DNA of 64,000 bases. It comes from Syntrophobacterales bacterium (GTDB lineage: Bacteria > Desulfobacterota > Desulfobaccia > Desulfobaccales > 0-14-0-80-60-11). The stretch lies in the NCBI GenBank assembly GCA_023512475.1, contig JAILZL010000007.1, positions 7,697 to 71,696 on the forward strand. The letters run 5' to 3'. This document shows, in pieces, positions 17,991 to 26,800 of the stretch. The position numbers and the translations under genes are program-made. The notes beneath the pieces were generated by a model. That model had not been told where the DNA came from. It saw only the letters and a list, made by a program, of their open reading frames with translations, and did not search any database. Position 1 is the stretch's first letter. Each line of letters opens with the position of its first letter.

Positions 17991-18322
17991 GGCGCCAGCA
18001 CCTCCGGCACGTTCTTACATACTGCAGCGGGGTGGGGGCTCATCCGTGAGCGGGACAGGTGCCAGACGCGCCAAGCCAGATCTGGCCGGGTATTGGGCCA
18101 TATCTGGGCGGGGGCCGGACTCCGGGAAGATCTTCCCGGGGGAATCACCCTCTCCCGGGCCTTTCAGCCCCGGGGTCGCAAGCTGAGAATCGCCCGAGCT
18201 GCACTCGGGCAGGACCTGAGGACTCAGCAGAATCATTATCTTAGTGTAACTATGCCATGGCGGACCGCGGCTGTCAACGACCTAATGCGGGGTCTCCCAA
18301 GGGCCCCAAAAGCCGGGAGGAT

Positions 18323-18352
18323 TTGGCGCCCCCGGGGGTTTTGTGCTACAGT
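18323..18352 (+). promoter_or_regulatory. candidate extended -10 promoter (TGcTACAGT) positioned for a leaderless transcript
   Basis: The -35-like TTGGCG is at 18323-18328 and TGC+TACAGT at 18344-18352. The ATG at 18359 lies 7 nt after the -10, and no SD sequence is visible. Confidence 0.35.
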
Positions 18353-18358
18353 GGCACC

Positions 18359-21265
18359 ATGGAGACCGTGGCCGACCTGCACCTGCATTCCCGCTATTCC
18401 GTGGCCACCGGGCGCCAGGCGGACCTGCCGCATCTGGACCTGTGGGGCCGTTACAAAGGGGTGACGGTGGTGGGCACCGGCGACTGCACCCACCCCCGGT
18501 GGCTGGCGGAGCTGACCGAGCAGCTGGAGGAAGTGGCCCCGGGAACCTATGAGCTCAAGCCCCAGGCCGCCCTGCCTCTTGACCTCCATGGTCCCTTCTG
18601 GGAGGCGGTGGAGCCGGTGCGTTTCCTTATCACCGGGGAAGTGAGCACCATCTACAAGCAAGGCGGCCGGGTGCGCAAAGTGCACCTTTTGATGGTGCTC
18701 TCCGGCCTGGAGGCGGCCCAGCGCCTCTCCCGGCGTCTGGCCCGGATCGGCAATGTGGCCGCGGACGGCCGCCCCATCCTGGGGCTTACGGCCGCCTCCC
18801 TCACCGAGCTCACCCTGGAGCAGGACCCCGACGCCCTGGTCATCCCCGCCCATATCTGGACCCCCTGGTTTTCGGTCCTGGGGGCCAAAAGCGGCTTTGA
18901 CTCCCTGGAAGACTGCTTCGGGGAGACCCTGAGGCATATTTACGCCCTGGAAACGGGCCTGTCCTCGGACCCGGCCATGAACTGGCGGGTGAGCGGCCTG
19001 GACCGCTTTGTTCTGGTATCCAATTCCGATGCCCACTCCCCCGAAAAGCTGGGGCGGGAGGCCAACCTTTTCCGCGTGCCTCCCACTTTTGCCGCCCTGG
19101 CCCGGGCCATCCGCACCGGGGAGGGTTTTCTCGGCACCCTGGAGTTTTTCCCCGAGGAGGGCAAATACCACCTGGACGGGCATCGCAAGTGCGGCCGGCG
19201 GCTCACCCCCCAGGAATCCCGGGCCGCCGGGGGGCGCTGCCCTGAGTGCGGGCAGCCCCTGACCCTGGGGGTGCTCAACCGGGTCCTGGCACTGGCCGAC
19301 CGGGAGGAGGGCTCCCCGCCCCCCCAGGCCCGTCCCTTCACCTCCCTTATCGGCCTGCCGGAAATTTTGGCTGAGGTTATGGCAGCGGCTCCCGGCAGCA
19401 AAAAGGTGCGGCAGGCGTATTTTCAGCTCCTGCAGCGTCTGGGACCCGAATTGGCCATCCTCAGGCACGGGCCCCTGGAGGAGGTGGCCCGGGAAGGGGG
19501 CCCCCTCCTGGCGGAGGCCCTGGCCCGGATGCGACGGGGCGAAGTCCGCATTGAACCCGGCTATGACGGGCTGTTTGGGAAGGTGCACCTGTTCACGCCG
19601 GAAGAATGGCGCCGTCTGCGAGGGCAGGGGGCTTTCTGGTCGGTGGCGCCGGCGGTGTCGCCGTCCCCGGGGGTCCCGCCGGCAGCCGGGCCCGCAGCCG
19701 AGGTGCCTCCGGGATCCCCGGCGGGGCCGCCGCAGCCCCTCCCCGCCCCCGCCGGCCTCAACGCCGCCCAGGAGCGGGCCGTGACCCGGAAGGGGGGCAC
19801 GGTGGTGGTCCAGGCAGGGCCGGGCACCGGCAAGACCCGGGCCCTGAGCCACCGGGTGGCGCATCTCCTGGCCTCCGGGGCGCCGCCCGGGAGTATCCTG
19901 GCCATCACCTTCACCCGCCAGGCGGCGGAGGAGATGGCCCCGCGGGTGGGCCAGCTTCTTCCCGGCCACCCCGGGGTGGGGGAGCTCTCCGTCAGCACCT
20001 TCCATGCCCTGGGTCTGCGCCTGCTCAGCGAAGCGGGGCTGGAGCGCCAGGTGGCCGACGAAGCCCTCCGGCGGCAGCTCCTCCAGGAGGTGGCCCGGCG
20101 GCATGGCCTGAAGCCCGCCATCCTGGAGCGCCGCTTCTCCCAGGCCAAGAGCCGGCCGGGCTCCCCGGACGGAGAGGGCCCGCAGGTGCCCCCCGAGCTG
20201 GGGCCCGCCTTTCGGGACTACGAGGCGGCCTTGGCCGGAGCCGGATTGTACGATTTTGAAGATCTGGTGGCCCGACCGGTGCGCCTGCTGGACAGCGCGC
20301 CGGACCTGAGGGCGGCCTGGCAGGGGCGCTGGCGCCACTTTCTGGTGGATGAATTTCAGGACCTCAACGGGGCCCAATATCGCTTCCTCTTGGCCCTGGC
20401 CGGAGAGGCCCCGGCGTCGCTTCTGGCTATCGGCGACCCGAACCAGGCCATCTATGGCTTTCGGGGTGCCAGTCCGGAGTTTTTCCGGCGTCTGCCGGCG
20501 ACGCGGCCCGACGCCCTGGTCATGCATTTTCCCGATACCTACCGGCTGCCTCCGCCCCTGCTGGCCGCCTCCCGGCGGGTCCTGCCGCCCGCGGCCCAAG
20601 GCGGGGCCCCGGAGGTGAGTCGGCGGCGGGGGGAAGCCCCCCTTCTGCTGCTGGAAGCCGCCACCCCTCTCGGAGAGGCCCGGGCCGTGGCCGGCGCCAT
20701 CGAGGCCGTGGTGGGGGGATTTCGCCACCACACCCTGCCGGCGGAGCACCGGCCGGCCGGCGGGGCGGTGGGCTTCGGCGACATCGCGGTGCTCTACCGC
20801 CTGCATGCCCAGGGGGAGCTCCTGGCGGAGGAACTCAGCCGGGCGGGCATCCCCTGCCAGCTGGTGCGGGAAGGCATGGGCCCCGACTGGGAGGAGCTGG
20901 ATCTGGCGGCGGCCCGGGTGAAGCTCCTGAGCCTGCACGCCGCCAAGGGGCTGGAGTTTGACTATGTGTTCCTGACCGGCTGCGAGGACGGGCTGATCCC
21001 CCTGAAGCTGGCTCGGGACGACCCGCCGGATCTGGAGGAGGAGCGCCGCCTCTTTTATGTGGGGCTCACCCGGGCCCGGGAGCAGGTGATTCTCACCCGG
21101 GCCCGGCGGCGCCGCCTGGCGGGACATCAGGGGCCCACCCGCCTCTCTCCCTGGGTGGCGGCGGTGGCGCCCCAGATATGGCGGCCGGCGGCTCCCCGCG
21201 GGCGGGTCCGGCAGCGAAGCCTCTTTCCGCAAGCCGCCGGTCCCCCGGGAGGCCCGCCGGATTGA
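18359..21265 (+). CDS. fusion protein: Endonuclease Q-like (PHP-fold nuclease plus Zn finger) N-terminal half and UvrD/PcrA-type superfamily 1 helicase C-terminal half
   Basis: N-terminal half: DLHLHSRYS, PAHIWTPWFS, NSDAHS, EGKYHLDGHRKC...CPECGQPLTLGVLNRV, GYDGLFGKV. C-terminal half: QAGPGTGKT (Walker A), LAITFTRQAAEEM, VDEFQDLN, GDPNQAIYGFRGA, LHAAKGLEFDYVFL, RRLFYVGLTRAR. It is one uninterrupted frame. An alternative ATG exists at 18257. Confidence 0.85.
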   Translation: METVADLHLHSRYSVATGRQADLPHLDLWGRYKGVTVVGTGDCTHPRWLAELTEQLEEVAPGTYELKPQAALPLDLHGPFWEAVEPVRFLITGEVSTIYKQGGRVRKVHLLMVLSGLEAAQRLSRRLARIGNVAADGRPILGLTAASLTELTLEQDPDALVIPAHIWTPWFSVLGAKSGFDSLEDCFGETLRHIYALETGLSSDPAMNWRVSGLDRFVLVSNSDAHSPEKLGREANLFRVPPTFAALARAIRTGEGFLGTLEFFPEEGKYHLDGHRKCGRRLTPQESRAAGGRCPECGQPLTLGVLNRVLALADREEGSPPPQARPFTSLIGLPEILAEVMAAAPGSKKVRQAYFQLLQRLGPELAILRHGPLEEVAREGGPLLAEALARMRRGEVRIEPGYDGLFGKVHLFTPEEWRRLRGQGAFWSVAPAVSPSPGVPPAAGPAAEVPPGSPAGPPQPLPAPAGLNAAQERAVTRKGGTVVVQAGPGTGKTRALSHRVAHLLASGAPPGSILAITFTRQAAEEMAPRVGQLLPGHPGVGELSVSTFHALGLRLLSEAGLERQVADEALRRQLLQEVARRHGLKPAILERRFSQAKSRPGSPDGEGPQVPPELGPAFRDYEAALAGAGLYDFEDLVARPVRLLDSAPDLRAAWQGRWRHFLVDEFQDLNGAQYRFLLALAGEAPASLLAIGDPNQAIYGFRGASPEFFRRLPATRPDALVMHFPDTYRLPPPLLAASRRVLPPAAQGGAPEVSRRRGEAPLLLLEAATPLGEARAVAGAIEAVVGGFRHHTLPAEHRPAGGAVGFGDIAVLYRLHAQGELLAEELSRAGIPCQLVREGMGPDWEELDLAAARVKLLSLHAAKGLEFDYVFLTGCEDGLIPLKLARDDPPDLEEERRLFYVGLTRAREQVILTRARRRRLAGHQGPTRLSPWVAAVAPQIWRPAAPRGRVRQRSLFPQAAGPPGGPPD

Positions 21266-21325
21266 AGGGAGGCGTGGCGGAGGAATATTGCCCGGGAGGG
21301 CCTGAGCAGGTGGCTGAAAATGGTG

Positions 21326-21444
21326 ATTCGGGGAAGGGGACAGGGGTCGCAGGCCCTGCCCCACCCCCAACCCCCTAACTGGGAGGTGGCGGCGCCCACT
21401 GGTAAAATCGGCCAGCCTCATCCCACCGGGGAAGGAGGTTTTCA
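21326..21444 (+). repeat. intergenic repeated element, copy A (downstream of the EndoQ-UvrD gene), ending in hairpin plus TTTT
   Basis: It aligns over its whole length with the reverse complement of 27566..27705. Shared blocks are ATTCGGGGAAGGGG, GGGGTC, CCCTGCC, CCACCCC, TGGGAGGTGG, GGTAAAATCGGCCAG, and CTCnTCCCnCCGG followed by a hairpin and T-run. Confidence 0.7.
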
Positions 21445-21630
21445 GCAGCCTGTCAGATCAGCGGTCCCCCTCTCCCGCCCGCACCGCCTTATCTCCGGGA
21501 CACCCGCGGTGGAGGGAAGGGGGCAGGCCGTATCTTTGCCGCCTTCCCGGCGAAAAAACCCCTGGGCAGCGGCCTCAGGCGCACAGATCTCAGATATCCG
21601 GGGGCAGAATTTTTTAGCATCAGGGGGCGG

Positions 21631-23643
21631 GTGGCACTCTATATCTCCGGGAGGGTGAGTCTGGTCGTGCGCGGACGGTTTCTCCAGGCCGGCCCAAGGA
21701 TGGGCGACGGCGCGGCGGCGGGGGGGCGAACTGCCGCCCCGGGGAGAGGGGTGGCCCTGCCTGAACCGGGCGGCACGCCGAGGCGGGACAAGCCGGCGCC
21801 ACACCTCCGTCCCGCCCCCTGGCTGGTGTGGCTGTGGCTCTGGCTGGGAGTGGGGGTCGCTCTGCCCCTGACGGCCGGGGCGGCGGTGGCCCCCGCTCCG
21901 CCCCTTACCCTGGTGGCCCTGGAAATTCAGGGGGCCAGGATCATCCCGGCGGCCCAGGTGAGGGAGCAGTTGTCCCTGGACCTGCCCTCCCGCTGGCCGT
22001 GGAAAAAGCCGCCGCCCTTCCGGCCCGAGGACCTGGAAAACGACCTGGAGCGGCTGAAGATCTTTTACCGCCGCCAGGGTTTTTATCACGCCCGCGTCAC
22101 CTCCCGGCTCCAGGTGGATGAAAAGGGACGGGTGCGGGCCATCCTCCAGGTGGAGGAGGGCCCCTTTGTCCGGGTGAACCAGATCAAGGTGGAGGTCCGG
22201 GAGCCCGGAGCGGACCTGGATTACGCCCAGTTGGCCCGGGAGCACCCCGTCAAGCCCGGGGAGCGGTTCACCGAGCGGGGCTATGACGAGCTCAGGGCCC
22301 AGTATGTCACCGCCCTGCAGGACCACGGGCACCCCCGGGGGCAGGTGAAGGGCCGGGTCTATCTGGACGAGCTGGAGAACCGGGCCGACATCCATCTCAC
22401 CGTGGATCCGGGACCCCGCTGCGTCTTCGGGGAGGTGCAGCTCAAAAAGGACGCCCCCGTCCCGGATTATCTCATTTTGCGGAAACTCACCTTCCGGCCG
22501 GGGGAGGCCTTTTCCTTCCGGAAGCTCTATGAGAGCCAGCGCCAGCTCTACGAGACGGACCTCTTCAAAAGCGTCACCCTGACTCCCGCCGAGGTGCCGG
22601 AGGCGGCCACAGTCATCCCGGTGGTGGTGGAGGTGCAGCGGGGCAAGCGGGGCACGGTCAAGGTGGGGCTGGGCTACGGCGACGTGGACCTGTTCCGGGC
22701 CCGGCTGGCCCTGAGGCTGCGCAACCTGGGGGGGGGCGGCCGCCTTATGGACCTGGAGGGGAAATACTCCATCCGGGAGAGCCGGGTCACCGGGACCTTC
22801 ACCAACCCCCAGTTTCTCGCCAGCCGGTGGGATGCCGTGGTGCAGGGCGGCTGGGTGGAATGGGACCTCCCCGGCTTCCAGGACCGGGCCTTTTTCACTC
22901 AGGCCCGCCTGGAGCGGGATCTCCCCTGGCGGCTGCGCGTTTATGTCGGGCACGGCCTGGAGTTCGCCCGCCCCTTCGGCATCCCCAACGAGACGCTCTT
23001 TATCTTGCGGGAAGCCCGGCAGGATCAGCTGTTCACCGCTTCCATGCTCCTGTTCGGGCTCAGGCGGGACACCACGGACCGGAGCCTGGACCCGGAATAC
23101 GGCCACATCCTCAGCCTGACCCAGGAGCTGGCCCTGGATTTTCTGGGAGGAAACCTCCAGTTCAGCCGCACGGTGGCCGAAGCCCGGGGGTATTACCCCC
23201 TGGGGCGCCCGGGGTGGGTGCTGGCCGGCCGGCTGAAGTTCGGGGTCATTGAGCCCCTCCAGGGCACCGGGGAGATCCCCCTGTTTCGGCGCTTCTTTGC
23301 GGGGGGCGCCGGCAGCGTCCGGGGCTACCGCTTCAATTACCTGGGACCCCGGAACGAGGCCGGCACCCCCATCGGCGGCGAGGCCATCCTGGAGGGCAAT
23401 GCGGAGCTGAGGGTGCCTCTGTATAAGGAATTTACGGGCGTGGTCTTCTTTGACTTCGGCAATGTCTATTTCCGCACCCAGGAGGTGGATCCGGGACAGC
23501 TGAAGTATGCCGCGGGCGGCGGGGTCCGCTATCGCACGCCCATCGGCCCCGTGGGGCTGGATGTGGGGTTTCCGCTGAACCGGCAGGATCCCCGGCAGGA
23601 TCCGGCCTTCCGCCTGCTTCTGACCATCGGTCAGCAGTTTTAG
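21631..23643 (+). CDS. tamA: Omp85-family outer-membrane protein with POTRA domains (TamA/BamA-like); start uncertain (21631, 21700 or 21751)
   Basis: It has a hydrophobic signal region (WLVWLWLWLGVGVALPLTAGAA), POTRA-like repeats and a C-terminal beta-barrel with GG..SVRGY and a terminal ...LLLTIGQQF. It sits directly upstream of tamB. Confidence 0.8.
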   Translation: MALYISGRVSLVVRGRFLQAGPRMGDGAAAGGRTAAPGRGVALPEPGGTPRRDKPAPHLRPAPWLVWLWLWLGVGVALPLTAGAAVAPAPPLTLVALEIQGARIIPAAQVREQLSLDLPSRWPWKKPPPFRPEDLENDLERLKIFYRRQGFYHARVTSRLQVDEKGRVRAILQVEEGPFVRVNQIKVEVREPGADLDYAQLAREHPVKPGERFTERGYDELRAQYVTALQDHGHPRGQVKGRVYLDELENRADIHLTVDPGPRCVFGEVQLKKDAPVPDYLILRKLTFRPGEAFSFRKLYESQRQLYETDLFKSVTLTPAEVPEAATVIPVVVEVQRGKRGTVKVGLGYGDVDLFRARLALRLRNLGGGGRLMDLEGKYSIRESRVTGTFTNPQFLASRWDAVVQGGWVEWDLPGFQDRAFFTQARLERDLPWRLRVYVGHGLEFARPFGIPNETLFILREARQDQLFTASMLLFGLRRDTTDRSLDPEYGHILSLTQELALDFLGGNLQFSRTVAEARGYYPLGRPGWVLAGRLKFGVIEPLQGTGEIPLFRRFFAGGAGSVRGYRFNYLGPRNEAGTPIGGEAILEGNAELRVPLYKEFTGVVFFDFGNVYFRTQEVDPGQLKYAAGGGVRYRTPIGPVGLDVGFPLNRQDPRQDPAFRLLLTIGQQF

Positions 23644-23870
23644 GAGACCCCGCAGGGCAGGAGAGCGGGTTTTTCGCGGAGACGGCGGCGCCCCGGGGCT
23701 TCCGGGCAGGGCCCGGGGCCGCAAGCCCCCATCTCCCCCTCCCTTGCCTGTCCCCGGCCCGGAGGCCCGGGCCATCGAGGTGCAAATCGGAAAGAGAGTG
23801 GGAACGGTAGAGAGGGATATACACCCTCTTGGCGGTGGCGCAATAGGGTAAGGCTCAGAGGGGAGAGGCC

Positions 23871-26800
23871 ATGCGGTGGGTGAAGATCCTGGTCCTGGGC
23901 GTGGCGGGGCTGCTGGGGCTGGCGGCCCTGGCCCTGGGGCTGGCCCTGAAAAGTGAAGGTGTGTGGACCTGGGGCGGGCATCGTCTGGTGGCCTTCGCCC
24001 AGGAGCGGCTGTATCCCACCCTGACTGTGGCCGAGGTGCGGGGGCACCCCCTCACCGGGCTCACCTTCACCGGCCTCCGCCTCACCGGCCCGGAGGGGGA
24101 GATTCTCCGGGCCGAGCGGCTGGAGCTGCGGTTTTCCTTGTGGTCTTTCGTCCGGCTGCGTCCCATCCTCTCCCGGGTGGCGGTGCATCAGCCTTTGGTG
24201 CAGCTGTGGTGGGAGCCGGACGGGCAGGTGAATCTGAAACGGGTCCTCAAGCCCCGGCCGCCGCCGCCCTTTCGCTCCTTGGATTTTCCCGGCCTGGAGG
24301 TGGTCAGGGGGGAGCTCGCGGTGCGGCGGGAAGGCCGGGTGGAGCGGTTCGGGCCCGTGGACTTCCAGGCCGCGGTGATGATCCTTAACCCCAAACGGCC
24401 GGAGCAGAAAATCCTGGTGCGGCGGGCGAGCCTCTCCTGGAGCGGGCCGCCGGGGCGCCTCACCTTGAGCGGCCGCCTGACCCTGCGGCCCGAAGAGCTC
24501 CAGCTCCTGGAGGTGGTCCTGAAACTGGACGACGACCTCCTGGTGCAGGGAAGTGGCCGGGGGTGGGGCGGCGACGCTCCCGGCCTCCGCCTGGCCCTGG
24601 AGATGGGGCCGGCGGCCCAGGAGAGCCTGCCGCGCCTTCTCCCCGGCTGGCCGGCGGCCTGGCCGCTGGCCGGCAGACTCAACCTGGAGGCAGGTCCGGC
24701 GGGAGGACAGCTCACCGGGGAGCTCACCCTGGCCGGCTCCCCCCTGACCCTGGCCGGCCGTCTCAGCCGGGAGGAGGGCGCCTGGACCTATGCCCTGGAC
24801 CTGGAGGTGCCGGCGCTGCCGGTGGAGTGGCTGCGGCCGTGGCGGCCCCAATGGGTGGCCCGGGTGGCCGACCTGCCGCCGCTGAATCTCCGTCTGGCCG
24901 GAAAGGGGACCGGGTTCAGCTGGCCGCCGGACCGGCTGGATTGGGAGCTCACCCTGGGGGCCGTCTCCTGGCGGGGGCTGAAGCTGGCGGCCGCCCGGGG
25001 GACTCTTACGGGGGATGCCCGGGAGCAGATCCTCGGCCTCAGCGGTCACGGGAGCTTCGGTCGCCTGAGTGCCACTTTGAAAGGGCCCCTCCTAACCGCC
25101 CTGAAAGGGGAGACGGATGTTCAGGTCCAGGACCTGCCACCGGGGCTCCTGGGGCTGGCGGCACCGCCGGACACCCGGGTGAACGGCCGCTTCCGGGGCA
25201 CCTTCCACCTCCCGGAGGGGGACGTAAGCCGCCTCACCCTGGCGGGGGAGCTGAGGGGCAGCGGTCGCTGGGGGGAGCTGCCGGTGCAGGAGCTCACAGC
25301 CCGGCTGGCCTGGGCTCCCCCCCGGCTGGAGATCCGGGAGGCGGCGCTGAAGGCGGCGGGGCTGTGGGCCACCGGACAGGGCGCCTTCAGCCCCCAGGGG
25401 CTGGAGGCCCGGGTGCAGGGCCAGCTGCGCGGCTCGATGCCATGGCTCCCGGGCCCCCGCTTTTCCCAGGCCGCCTTTGACCTGGCGCTCCGCGGCCCCC
25501 TCTCCGGTCCCCGGGCGGTGCTCACCGCCCAGGTTCAGAACCTGAGCGGGGGCGGGCTGGCGGCCCGGGGCCTCTCTCTCGCCGGCGAGCTGGAAGGATG
25601 GCCGCCCGCCGCCGGCCGGCTCGTCCTGACGGCCGCAGGCCTCACCAGCCCCCTGGCGTCCTTTCCCCAGGCCCAGGCAACCCTGCGGGGGGATCAGCAC
25701 CGCTGGCATCTGGAAGGCAAGGCCTCGGGAGAGGGCAAAAACCAGGTGGAGCTGGCCGGACTGCTGGAAGCCGGCGGCCGGCCCCTGGTCCTGACCCTGA
25801 ACCGGCTATCCTTCGGCCTGGGGCAGCTCGCCGGCCGGGCCCAAACCCCCGTCAGGCTGGCCTTCCTCCCCGGGGTGCGCCTGGAGCCGGCCGTCTTTCT
25901 CGTCAACGGCGGCCGTCTGGAGGCGGAAGGCCATCTCAGCGCGGGCCTGGTGAGCGCCCGCCTGGAAGGTCGGGACCTGCCCGCCGGGTTGGTGGGGCTC
26001 AAGGGGGTGCCCCTGAGGGGCAAAATCCAGCTCCGGGCGGGGCTGGGGGGCACCCCGGCCCGGCCCACCCTGACCGCCGCGGCGTCATTGACGGAAGGGG
26101 GGTGGGGGAAGCTGGAGGTGAAGCGGGCCACCGCCTCTCTCTCCTACGGCGATGGCATTCTCGGCCTGTCCGGGGCCCTGGAGGAAGCCCGGCGGGGCTC
26201 CCGCCTGACCCTGGAGGGGCGCCTGCCTTGGCGGTGGTCCCTGATGCCGTGGGCGGTGGGCCGCGGGGAGGGGGAGCTTAAGGTGGCCCTCACCGGGGAG
26301 AAATTCAACCTGGCGGTCCTGCCGGCCCTGACCCGGGAAGTGACGGAGGCTGACCTGCCCCTGGAATTTCAGGCCCTCTGGCAGGGGCCTGCCGCCCGGC
26401 CCCGGGTGCGGGGTTTTCTGCGCTGGACGGAAGGGTACCTCACCTTCCGGTTGGGAGGCGCCCGCTACCAGGTGGCCCCGGGCACCGCCCACCTGGAGGG
26501 CGATACCCTGACGCTGCCGGAGCTGGTGCTGGTGAGCGACGGCACGGCCCGGATCCGGGGCAGCATCGCCCTGGAGGGCTTCTGGCCGGGACAGTTCCAT
26601 CTGAGGGGGGAGCTGGCCAACTTCAAGGCCCTCTCCCGGCTGGGGTCTGAAGCCCGGGGGGAGGGCAGCCTGACCCTCACCGGCCCCTGGGAGGCCCTCC
26701 AGGTGGCAGGTCGGCTCACGGTCACCCAGGCGCTTTTCCGGCCGCTGTTCTTTGAGACCGGGATCTCCGAAGACATTGTGCTGGTGCGCCAGCGCCAGGC

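Noticed and set aside
18236-21421. A 1061-aa ORF on the minus strand, antisense to the EndoQ-UvrD gene. Similar long antisense or off-frame ORFs occur at 2746..4323, 4324..5808, 21442..23775, 23640..25049, 29302..31443, 35738..37396, 44337..46478, 49148..51058, 58598..60175 and 60519..63500.
   Set aside because: Their translations are Gly/Arg/Pro/Ala/His-rich low-complexity sequences with no recognisable motifs. Each completely overlaps a gene with clear family signatures on the other strand or frame. Stop-free shadow frames of this kind are expected in GC-rich DNA.
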